A DNA stretch of 64,000 nucleotides, taken from contig NC_092671.1 in NCBI RefSeq assembly GCF_964355755.1, forward strand, positions 38,450,304 through 38,514,303. The letters run 5' to 3'. Positions 41,012 to 51,921 of the stretch are shown one piece after another (the first letter of the stretch is position 1; each line of letters begins with the position of its first letter). This stretch comes from Antedon mediterranea (taxonomy: Eukaryota > Animalia > Echinodermata). The notes beneath the pieces were generated by a model, which saw only the letters and a list, made by a program, of their open reading frames with translations, was not told where the DNA came from and did no database searches. Made by a program: the position numbers and the translations under genes.

Positions 41012-41131
41012 CTACAAAACAAATACAGTATGTTAATAATATAGTCAACTTTCCCAATACTGGACACCTTTGGGCTGGCCTAATATGTTTAGTTTTCCCG
41101 GAAAGTATGGTATTTGGAATGTGTTTTTTTT

Positions 41132-41266
41132 CCTGTCCACACTATCAAACTTTATGTGATGAGTGCCCATATATGGACATGATTATATCATACACCACTA
41201 CCACATGTGGGCATATCACTACCATATTTGGGCACATAACACTGGTTTGATAGTGTAGACAGGGCT
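41132..41266. mobile_element. MITE family A
   Basis: cctgtccacactatcaaa...tttgatagtgtagacagggct. Confidence 0.8.
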
Positions 41267-41311
41267 TGAGATTACCCTACTAAGCATCTTCGACATAGAT
41301 TTGTAACTTAC

Positions 41312-41449
41312 ACACTTTTCACTATCAAGAACAAAACAAATGTGTTTGTCTGTTCCCACTTCTTTCGCTATAAATGCGCATATTCGTTTGTCTGACTTGT
41401 CGTCTGCGCAGTACGATATCCTATGTAGTGGAAATGTGTAAAGCTTCTC
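41312..41449 (-). CDS. GULP1: GULP1 exon (PTB domain)
   Basis: tgtag|[46 protein letters not shown]|gtaagt. Confidence 0.97.
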
Positions 41450-42214
41450 CTACAAAAACAATTTAAATGGAACGTTATACTTTACACAGTGGTTACATTA
41501 TATTAATTTAATAACATTAAATGGTTTTCAAACTGTGTATAAGCAGTGAGGTATTCTTCTATTGGTTCAGTAGTTCAAAGTAATAAAATAATTTGATGGA
41601 ATTAATGCTGATACAACAATTGTCAGATGAAAGCCAGGTGTGGGCAAACAATTGCTATTGATCATACATTTCTATTTCATACACTTTCTTATCAGGGGGG
41701 GGGGGGGGGGATAGTTCAAATTACACAGTAAAACCGGGTGTCACGAAACCTAAGACCACGAAAGCTAAGACCCCCTAAGACCTAAGATCACGAAAGCTAA
41801 GACCCAAGACCTAAGATTACAAATATTCTATTCTTTTGTACACAAATGTTCTAAATATATAAAAAATAGGAAAAAAAACCGATAGGATAACAATTATCAG
41901 ATGACTAAATATAGTAATAAAACTTGAATGTTACGTTTCTGGTGTTTTTATTCAACTTCAGATTTTTATTTAAAATTATCCACTGCATACCCACAAATTT
42001 TTTTTGGAACTTTCTTTTACTTTCTAGGGAGTCAAAAGGTATGGCATTACATTGATTAAACTACCTAATTACTGAAAAAAAATTATGCCTGGCTTTTATA
42101 ACAGAATTTTATAGTCAAATTTTGTATTTGGCCATTTAAAACTTTTAACCTTACAGTAGTACACTATGTGGGTTTGCCTTCTACGCATCAATGAACACAA
42201 ATGCAACACCCATT

Positions 42215-42420
42215 TACGCTTCAATGAACACTTACAGGACTAGCCCAATCTTGAAGGACACTATAAATTGTTACGCTTGAATGGACACTTACATGACCAC
42301 CCCAATCTTGAAGGGCACTAAATAGTGACGCTTGAACGGACAATTACATGGCTAGCCCAATCTTGAAGAGCACTAAATTGTTGACTGAACACTTACATGA
42401 CTAGCCCTATCTTGAAGGGC
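42215..42420. repeat. Tandem repeat of 49-57 bp x4 containing the exon 3' end and splice donor
   Basis: acttacatgactagccc(a/t)atcttgaag recurs; donor-like GT after 42397, 42348, 42293 and 42236 (minus strand). Confidence 0.9.
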
Positions 42421-42495
42421 AACTCCATTAGCAGAGATGGTGAGCTCAACTTTGCGCGGTTTTACACCCTCCGATCGTTTCAAATGACGATTGAA
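42397..42495 (-). CDS. GULP1: GULP1 exon (PTB domain)
   Basis: ttttttag|FNRHLKRSEGVKPRKVELTISANGVALQDRASH|gtaagt; compare human [21 protein letters not shown]. Confidence 0.96.
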
Positions 42496-43215
42496 CTAAA
42501 AAATATTTTTTAAAAGATACAAATATCATTTTTTGAATTATGGTTTTAAAAGGATTTGATGATATAAATTGATCAATTATGAGTTTTATTGAAGAGAACA
42601 TATCACCTTGGGAAAATTGATATATCAGAAGAACTAAAAAATATAAAGAAAAGATAAAAATATCATTTTAAATTATGGTTTTAGAAGGATTTGATATAAT
42701 GGTGGAAATTGATCAATTGTTAGTTTTATTGAGGAGAAACTAAACCACACCTTGGAGAATTTATATCAAAAGAACTAAAAAATATAAAGAAAAGATAAAA
42801 ATATCTTTTAAATATATTTTAAATTATGATAGGGTTTAAAAGGAATTTGATATGGTGGAAATTGATCAATTGTTAGTTTTATTGAGGAGAAACTAAACCA
42901 CACCTTGGAGAATTTATATCAAAAGAACTAAAAAATATAAAGAAAAGATAAAAATATCTTTTAAATATATTTTAAATTATGATAGGGTTTAAAAGGAATT
43001 TGATATGGTGGAAATTGATCAATTGTTAGTTTTATTGAGGAGAAACTAAACCACACCTTGGAGAATTTATATCAAAAGAACTAAAAAATATAAAGAAAAG
43101 ATAAAAATATCTTTTAAATATATTTTAAATTATGATAGGGTTTAAAAGGAATTTGATATGGTGGAAATTGATCAATTTATAGAACATTAAAACCACATCT
43201 TGGAATATATCAGAA
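42493..43215. repeat. Tandem repeat of 138-153 bp x5 containing the splice acceptor
   Basis: gaactaaaaaatat at 42493, 42631, 42772, 42925 and 43078; the last three units look near-identical. Confidence 0.92.
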
Positions 43216-43293
43216 ATCTAAATGGCTTACATTTTATTAACAAAATTAGTGGCATGAAAAGCAGACTGATAGGTACCATTTCTACAAGGGTAA

Positions 43294-43430
43294 GGGTATG
43301 TTCAGACTCACGGAGTTACGGTGGAGCGGAGTTACAACTCCGTAACGCTAATCCGCGGCATGGTTCAGACACAAAAATATGTACGTCGCTTACATAACTC
43401 AACCGTAATTCCGTAAGTCTGAAAATACCC
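43294..43430. mobile_element. Harbinger/Tourist-like MITE, family C
   Basis: TIRs GGGTATGTTCAGACTCACGG / CCGTAAGTCTGAAAATACCC, TAA TSD. Confidence 0.8.
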
Positions 43431-44048
43431 TAAGTATGAGGTATAAATAATGAATTTATAAAGGGCAGCATAATGACCTTCACATTCCAACATTACAACT
43501 AAGCATTCTAATATGTTGTAACACCTGTTATATCTATAAATTCAATTCATGTTTATCTCACATTTCTAAACACTGAGACAGGTTTAAATAATGTCTTATC
43601 AGAACCCTATGAATAAATTTCATGTTTGAGTAAAACTGGTTGACATGAGGTTATCGGAATATTTATGAGGTCAATATAGAGGTCAAGAGGTCAATAGAAA
43701 GTGAATGCAATGCAGACACTGATAGAAAGTTCAAATTTATAAATAAATTGACACTTTTAAACTTAAAGCCAAATAAATACAAATTGGGAATTTAATTCTT
43801 ATTGTCATTAACAGTTTTTAGTTTTGCTTGAATCATAATTGTGATCCAACTTGTAATTACTTTTGCATAGACAGTGCTGTAGCTACAAGAATTATTGTGG
43901 AGCAGTTCTCGCAACAAGAGGGAGCAATCTCATATGCGGGCCACAGGGTTGTCAAAGGCCTTTGTCAAACAGTGATGAGGTTGATACCTTGCCAATCATA
44001 CTGGTGAATATGGCCCTACCAAACGTTGAATGTGAAAGAGATACATAC

Positions 44049-44120
44049 CTTTAATTTCTTAACAGATTCTTTAACCAGATCAGCCCCTTTAGCTCTGTCA
44101 ACTTCTGTATTTCCTAAAAG
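44049..44120 (-). CDS. GULP1: GULP1 exon (PTB domain)
   Basis: ttttag|LLGNTEVDRAKGADLVKESVKKLK|gtatgt; compare human [24 protein letters not shown]. Confidence 0.96.
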
Positions 44121-44175
44121 CTAAAACATACAAATTTAAGTTAACAATATGGTCGCCAGGAGACTAAAATACTTA

Positions 44176-44333
44176 AGGTCTTTCTACACTATCAAACTTT
44201 ATGTGACAAAAAAATGTGATGTGCCTACAGTGTGGACATGATGATGTCATACCACTACCATATTTGGGTATATCACTACCATATTTGCACAATCACACTT
44301 TTTGTTGTCAAACTAGTTTGATAGTGTAGACAG
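44176..44333. mobile_element. MITE family A
   Basis: Same internal sequence and TIRs. Confidence 0.85.
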
Positions 44334-44946
44334 TAGATATAGTGCTAATACTTAATAGCTTATAAACATTGAAGAGATCATAGGATTATAAAAGCAATGG
44401 ACAATAAAAATAAATTCAGTCTTTGATTTACTTAATAATTTTGTTTCGGATATAAATTTACTATAGAAAAAATTAGATTTTTTAATACATTTCATTCATT
44501 TTGACAAATTATATGTGATCTTTGTTTATTGAAGATATAAACAGATGAAAAATATGTACTTTTCCTTATACAAACATTAAAAATAATCACAAGATTTGGC
44601 TTTAATGACAATTTATACTTTTGGAGTTATATTATATCTCGCTTTTTGATGAGAAAGGGCTATTGTCGGTTTATCCAGGTAAGCTAGGCACGAAATAGAC
44701 ATGGCTTTAATATATACAGTACAACAAAATAGATTATTATTTGGATTACAGTACAGTAAATACCAAATGTCATTTATATCAGATTAAATTAAACATCTGT
44801 TTGTGTCATTATTTCAGAAATCTATTCTCTACAGTAGATAGTGCAAACAAATGTTTTTTTAATCTCAAGATAAAACTAAAACTGAAAATAACATTAAATA
44901 TTAATTTGTATATGTACTGTGTAAGCCAAAAATATTTTTAATTGGA

Positions 44947-45206
44947 TTTTTTACGTTGCTCCTTTATGCAGTTATATTCAAGAAAACGGAAGCATTAGGA
45001 AACAGTTACCATTCTGTAGCTTATAGTTTACTACGGCTGAAAAAAATGGGTATTTGGAAACTCAGACTGGGCATGTGCACACCCAAAGTACGTCTGGGAA
45101 AAGAGAATCTATGAAAACATTTGCTGATAAATATTTAAATGCATCTGGTAGACAGTAGTTTATTTGTGAGATGAGCGGTGTTTTTTGTAAGAAATATTTC
45201 TTGTTT
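44947..45206 (+). mobile_element. Shorter, older HINE-like relative
   Basis: tttttacgttgctc...gagcggtgttttttgtaagaaatatttcttgttt; shares cagttatagttc and acgtctgggaaaagag blocks with 29027-29633. Confidence 0.6.
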
Positions 45207-45599
45207 AATACTGCACATATTAGAATATTTAAACTCCCTGTTTAAACAAAGTTTGTAAACATACTGTACATTTGACTATATAGTAAAGCTTCTTTATTTG
45301 TGGCTTTAAATGTGTTTGCCAATCAAAATGAGTTTCTATTAAAATGTCTGTCTATAAACAAGATCAGTGAAATAAAATGTATAAATGTTATTTTAATTTT
45401 ATTTTATTTCCAAACTCAACCAACAGCAAAAGAAATCAACATCAACAGGAGGGTAAAATTAAGTGTACAGTACAATCATTAATGTGACCATGGTCAAACT
45501 TATGCTTTAAGATTCACAAGAGGATAGAACAATAACAACACGAACACATCTAGTTCTTTCCTCTGTCTTGCTAAATCCGTCATCACTATGGCAACATTC

Positions 45600-45800
45600 A
45601 TAAGAGATTTGAAGTTCAACCAATAAGACTATTGTTTTTCTCATAACAATGTTTTGAACTGTGAGTTACGACCTCTTGAGGAAGGTCAATCCAAGAAGTT
45701 TTAAATTTTATTTTCAACCTCCTCAAAGGAGAATTAACTACCAGAAATGGGATATTGCCAAAGATTGGTGTACTAACAGATTGAAAAATACTTAGAAACA
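45600..45800 (-). mobile_element. CR1-group LINE ORF2 C-terminal remnant
   Basis: SWIDLPQEVVTHSSKHCYEK resembles the WNxLP...S...FK motif. Confidence 0.4.
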
Positions 45801-46571
45801 GCATTGAAAATCACTTTATTTATTTACTTAAATAAATCTGCAAAAACATTCAAATGTTTTTTTTTAATATCATAAACAGTACAATAGTTTGTTTTTTTTA
45901 AATTTTGTCAGCAGAAACCTGAGCCCTACAGTAGGTTTTACAAGAAAATATAAATAATTGAAACTAAAATGAATTCTAAATAGAAACATATTGTGATTAA
46001 ACAAACTATCATAATACATTTACTAATTTCATAGGATGAACAAGGTCACTAGTATACATCATACAATAAAGTGTACAGTAGTATATTTTCAACTGTCAAA
46101 TTTTAAATTTTCAAAATTGTAAGCTTGGGTTCCACAACAGATGCAACTTAAGGACGTAGTTTTGAGTTTTAAGCAAGTTTACCTTTATCTGAGGCTCCCA
46201 AATGATCAGCAAATGCTGGATGGACCACCCTCATTAAATATAGTTAAAATAAAATAAATAAATAAAAATAAACCAATTACAAACAAGCGACATTTTGGAT
46301 GATTGTGGTTGTGATTTTCCAAATCTTGCGCTTACGCGCTTACATTCTTGCGTCTAACGTGGGAACCAAGCATTAGTATATTTCCAGCTACAAAATTGTA
46401 AGCTTTGTTCCTATACGAGAGATGCAACGCAAGGACGTAGATGCAACACAAGCTAGTTTATAGCGACAGTTCGGATGATCCATTGATTGTGATTTTTTTT
46501 GCGCTTACTGTTTTGCGCTTACTTTCTTATGCGTCTCATGTGTTTACCAAGGATTAATATACAGTACTTAC

Positions 46572-46636
46572 CTTAACATTGTAGACAACATGTCCCTTTA
46601 ATAGGGCATCTGCAGCATGGGGCCATGTTTTGCTCC
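46572..46636 (-). CDS. GULP1: GULP1 exon (start of PTB)
   Basis: ttgcag|(G)SKTWPHAADALLKGHVVYNVK|gtaagt; compare human [20 protein letters not shown]. Confidence 0.95.
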
Positions 46637-46727
46637 CTGCAACAAAAAATAAAATGCATTTTTGAATTGGAAGAACAATTGTACTGTAGCATTTATAAAA
46701 CACATGTCATATCACAAACCATTTTAC

Positions 46728-46938
46728 CTTCTTCTAATGATTTAAACCGACCAATGACATTCTCTAATATGCTACCACCTGACTCTGTTGACTCCTCCGC
46801 TTTATCTTTCTTCTTTTGCGATTCATTATGCTTTTCCGGTACTTTACCGATATCAATATTTTGGATACCAAAAGCAGCAGTATTAATATAGGGCTCATCC
46901 ATTTCTTCATCGCTGCTTTCGTTAGTTAGTCTCTCCAT
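46728..46938 (-). CDS. GULP1: Candidate alternative first coding exon of GULP1
   Basis: Hydrophilic 70-aa ORF MERLTNESSDEEMDEPYIN...FKSLEE ending GAA G|gtaaaa, phase 1, matching the acceptor at 46636 across a 91-bp intron. Confidence 0.7.
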
Positions 46939-47747
46939 AATAACACAGAATTAAAGGGAGTTTTTTTTTGGAAATGACGGTGACGAGCTGTGGTAAAACT
47001 GTATATGAACAGTGTTATACCAAGTTATATGATGTTGACTCTTATAATGTTTTGCGATAGAATGGACTTTAGTGGCTTAGAAGGAGGCCTATATCAGCTG
47101 ATCCTTCAAGCATTAAAATCACATTCAGTTAAGCCACGGTTGATTTGGTTCACTCTGGTTGGAGGCTGTCACAGGGTTAGGGTCAAAGTATCACTTGTAA
47201 CATGATACTTTATAAGTGGCGATTTAATGGTGATTTTTATGGCCAAGGTTAAATAAAACCCTGGATATGATACTTACCTTTGGTATACTATAATGTTGGA
47301 CCAATAATTATATACACCTACTAAACAAGATATATATTAATACTGATAGTAATATTAGGCACTATTTACTATATCACCATATATACCCTAATTTTATTTT
47401 TTTCAATTAAGACTAATAGTAAAATATAAATTTGTTATTTGGCTTGAACATTTCCAAGTTTATTAACATTTCATAAAAATTCCTAAATCTTCGAAAGTAA
47501 TGCTTGTACTAGAGGAAGTTAATGTGGCTCTCACTACAACAACCTTTGACCCTAACGATGTTGAGACCAGTGTTTCCTTTATGGCCTCTTTGGTGTGTAT
47601 ACAGTATAATATAAGATTCTCATACAAACACTTACTGTGTACTGTAGATAAATTTGCATTGTATTTAGGTTTAGTTTAAATAAATGGGGTTAAATTGTGA
47701 AAATAAGAAGCTTTCACGAAAATTACAGTACAGTAGCAGTAAAGTAA

Positions 47748-47903
47748 AGCTCTGTCTACATTATGAAAACTAGTTTTCAAGACAAAAACAGTGTGATATG
47801 ACCAAATATGGTACTAGTGATATGACCAAATATGGTGTATACTGTATGGGCACTTCACATTTTTTTGTACAGTCACATAAAGTATTATAGTGTAGACAGA
47901 GCT
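47748..47903. mobile_element. MITE family A
   Basis: Same TIRs, TAA TSD. Confidence 0.88.
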
Positions 47904-48063
47904 TAAAGATGGTTTCTGTATCAAGGTACAGTATATAGAACCTACACAGTACTGCTTTAAATCTTCAAATGTTATGTTGAGGTCAAAAGTGTGTAATGAC
48001 ATTGACAATAATATGTATACATATTTTAATCAAGTTAAAATGACCTATGACCTTCGACCTTAC

Positions 48064-48100
48064 CGTGTGAGTTTTTACTGCTCCCCCATCTGCTATTCAT
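48064..48100 (-). CDS. GULP1: GULP1 first coding exon (exon spans 48064-48168 including 5' UTR)
   Basis: tttttgtag|UTR...ATG: MNSRWGSSKNSH G|gtaagg, phase 1; the 12 exons sum to 1149 nt = 382 aa plus stop. Confidence 0.8.
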
Positions 48101-48974
48101 TGCTAACGTAATTCACTTCAATATTTTATAAATGTCATTTACCATTTATGAAGACTTGGCATATAAACCTACAAAAACAAACAGATAAAAATAATTTAGT
48201 ACAGCATTTAATTTTGCACGATAGCATTTTAAAGCTTGTTTTCCACTTAGCACAATTTGCATCCCTGTGGTGAGTCTAGTGGGAACCAAGCTTTATTTAT
48301 TTATAATAGTTACCAACACTCTCGCATCGTCCCGCATTTTAAAGTAATTTTTAAAGAAACACGCATTTTGAACAAACACATGGGTTACCACACACTGTAT
48401 TTGTCACGCATTTATATGCATGATCATTTTTTATCACCATTTGAGAGGAAAATGCATTAAAATTAAATGGTATACTTTAAAAGTATAAACAGTTATGCGA
48501 GTACAGTATTTGTTAAAATAAACACTACAAATCTGTAAGAACAGGAAAAAATTACGAAGGGCTCAGATACTTTGTGTCCGAACACCTCCCCCCACCCACC
48601 CACCCACCCACCCAAATGAGGTAGAATGGTGTAGTCTGTCACACATTTCAAATCTCTCAGATTGGTAACTAAATGATTTATTTAAGTTAACTTTACAGTA
48701 TGTAGGTTAACATACTGTTTTTTCTTTCATTTGATGGCTTGTTTCGGTGAGAACCATCTGGATGTTATTGTATAAACACAATGGCATTATAAATTTCCTG
48801 ATCTACTAAACACTTAAAGTACTGTTACAGTATTGCAACCTATGCAACCTCTTTTTGGCAACTCAACAAATGTTTGGAAATTAACGACTGGAATGTAAAA
48901 AAAAAACTCAATAAAAAATACAGTAAAACATTACCAATATACTGTAATACAGTAATCAAATTATAACAGATTAT

Positions 48975-49500
48975 GTATATGGGATGATAGGGTATAATAG
49001 GAGATGACATAGTGGGGATGGATAGGGGATGATAATGGTGGATAGGGGATGATAGGGGTGGATATGGGATTATAGGGGAAGATAAGGGATTATGGTGGAT
49101 AGGATATTATTATAGGTGTGGATAGGAGATTATAGGGGTACTGTAGATAGGGGATTGTAGGGGTGGATCAAAATGATGCAGGTGGATAGGGGATGAATGA
49201 GTTGGATAGGAGATTATATGGGCAGATAGAGGATTATAGGGATGGATAGGGGATGGTAGTGGTGGATATGGGATGATAGGGGATTATACTGACAGTAGGG
49301 GCAGATAGGGATTATTGGGGTGGATAGGGAATTATGATTTAATTATGTAGGGCTGAATAGCGGATGATACTGTAGGGGTGGATAGGGGATAATACTGTAG
49401 GTGTAGGTGTGGATAGGGGATTATACTGTAGGTGTGGGTAGGGGATAATACTGTAGGTGTAGGTGTGGATAGGAGATTATAGGGTGGATAAGGGTGAAGA
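48975..49500. repeat. G-rich degenerate minisatellite (GGGGTGGATAGGGGATGATA-like)
   Basis: About 500 bp of gtggataggg(g)att/gata units. Confidence 0.9.
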
Positions 49501-49544
49501 ATGAGAGCCTACACTATACTAGGAACAGGGAGTTGTTATTATAA

Positions 49545-49608
49545 TAATGTTAATAATAATAAACATACAGGGGTGAAAACATAACCTCCTTGGCGGAGGT
49601 AATAATAA
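49545..49608 (-). mobile_element. End fragment of a common non-autonomous repeat (tattacctccgccaaggaggttatgttttcacc)
   Basis: Motif seen on the minus strand; related start at about 61968. Confidence 0.45.
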
Positions 49609-50306
49609 CAACTCCCTGCTACAGTGCTAGGAAGTTTCACTTGTTTATTATGGATATCAGTACACAAATATTTATCACCAATCATATTTGATTTACTACT
49701 ATTATAAGAGATTACAGCTGATAAGAACAGATAAAGTAACACTAAGCTAACAAGTCATTCTACTTTATTTGTCATTAAGTTGTTAATAAATAATTTAATG
49801 GGTTATTCAAATAAAAGATGTAAATCAACTCTGCATACAATATGAGTATACATTAACCATGTTCTTGTCATTGAATAGGAAAATAATAAACCAAATGGGG
49901 ACTGATTAACTCAGCAGAACAAGCAATACAATTTGTATGTCATTGTAAGTAATATCATTGTCTACAGTACTCCCATTTTGATAAAGTCAAGTTGCTTATA
50001 GTATCATAGAACAATAATTAAACTGTTACGTCAAAAAGTCGAGCAGTGTTTTTTGTAAGATATATTTATTGTTTATACAATACTTATCTCACTCTACTTG
50101 TTTTATATTTTTTAATAGTTTTTTAAACATTGTTTTATTTTAAACTGATTTTTACTGTACATGTAACATATTACACGTCACTATGGATACACACACATAT
50201 TAAACTAAAATTTAACTAAATAGGACTTGGGGGTAATAACATGGACTTAACAAATATAATAGGTCTTCCTAGTAATAATGGTGTAATCAAGGAAATGCCT
50301 AAATAT

Positions 50307-51921
50307 GGGTCTGTTTCTGCTGCATAACGCAATTTAACCGGTTATTTTAAAATAGATTAAAAATAGATAACAATAACAAGACCGCGTTTCTGCTCAATTT
50401 GTGCTCCGAAATAACCGGTTAAATCTATGGGTGGTCGTCGAGCAAAACGTCATCATTACCCAAAATGCAATACACTCAGACGGAAGTAGTACGTTGGCTG
50501 TTTGTGTCATCGACGTCGTCAATACACACGTGTGTATATCGCCGAACATCTCAAACATGTTAAAATAATAAAATGTTGTCTCCAGGTCTACAAGTTTTGT
50601 TTTTTGTAAAGCCTACTTACCATCGTTAATAAAATTAATTCTTATGGCGCCTTCAATAAAATGGGGAGGGTCGTGCAGCGCCCGATCGCCTAGGATAATT
50701 TTTATCTAGGCCTAGCCTAATTCCTCAACAAAGGCGATGACACACGGCCCTTCCCCTACGTGAACGACTGTTGTCTTTCGCGAGCGCGGTCCTACAAAAC
50801 ACCAAACGGAAACAAAAACGAGACTCAGAATGTTGCAATACTTACCAAACGAGAGTAGATAATTGTTAATTAATTATGAAAACCCAACTTTTATAGCAAA
50901 AATCGTCCGAATTTATGTTAAAAACGAAGAGTTTAGCCACAAAAACTTAAATCAAACGAGAGTATCCAAGTCATAGAATATCGCACGCACGTCATAGTGC
51001 CTTTAATAGAATAATGAGTATTAAACATTGTTTCGTATATTTATGTACTAACAATAAATAATAACACATTTATATGCTTAATAAAATCATATTTAATATA
51101 TTATCAAAAGCTCTGATAACCTTTGTTTTCGGTCGATGTGATGTTTTTCTAAAAAAATTATATGTAAAACGATCAAAGTAAGATTGTTCATTGTTCTCCT
51201 ATTAAAGGCACTAAGGGCGTGCCATAAAAATACGCTCGTTTGGATTAAGTTTTTGTTGCTAAATTCATCGTTTATAACATAAATTCGGATGATTTTTGCT
51301 ACAAAATTTGGGTTTTCATAATTAATTAACCATTATCTACTCTTGTTTGGTAGGTATTTGCAACATTCTGAGTCCCTTTTGTTTCCGTTTTGGTGTTTAT
51401 ATAGGACCATCCATACCCTTCGCGAGCGTGTACTAACGCCTCAAATTGCTTAGCTTGGGTAGTCCCCGGAACTCCACCCCAAATTCCTCTTTTACTTTCA
51501 CAAAAATGCTCTTATTTATTATCTGATTCTTTTCTATTGCCTGCCATCCTTCCCCGTACTTTCTCTCCCCCCACAACTGAATAACATATCTTGTGATTTC
51601 ATTCATCCACATACATGTTCACTTCTTCGTTCGACTGTCAAAACCACGAGGAAAACACACATCGTATGCAACGGTATCTGACCCGGGGTCACAACTGTCA
51701 ATCATATAACCGTTATTTCGTGTTGCAGCTAAGAATTGCTCAGCGATAACCGGTTAAACGGAGTTCTAACACCGATTTAAATTGGTGTTTTTAACCGGTT
51801 ATTTTGCGCTGCCTTTTAACCGGTTACCACAAATTTGTCCTGTTTCTGCTGCCAAGAAGATGGAATTAATTTATTCACACCGATTTTAACCAGTTATTTT
51901 TTATGCAGAAGAAACAGGCCC
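50307..51921 (+). mobile_element. 1.6-kb non-autonomous PIF/Harbinger element, copy 1
   Basis: TIRs GGGTCTGTTTCTGCTGCATAA / TTATGCAGAAGAAACAGGCCC; many subterminal TAACCGGTTA; highly similar to 53020-54649. Confidence 0.9.
50788..51408. repeat. Nested foldback with arms of about 230 bp inside the Harbinger element
   Basis: ggtcctacaaaacaccaaacggaaac...gtgcctttaatag vs ctattaaaggcac...gtttccgttttggtgtttatataggacc; also present in copy 2. Confidence 0.85.

Noticed and set aside
46183-46233. Possible extra GULP1 exon ending AAG|gtaaac
   Set aside because: Poor acceptor, no PTB similarity, embedded in a MITE-B remnant; the ATG-initiated reading has the wrong phase for the next exon.
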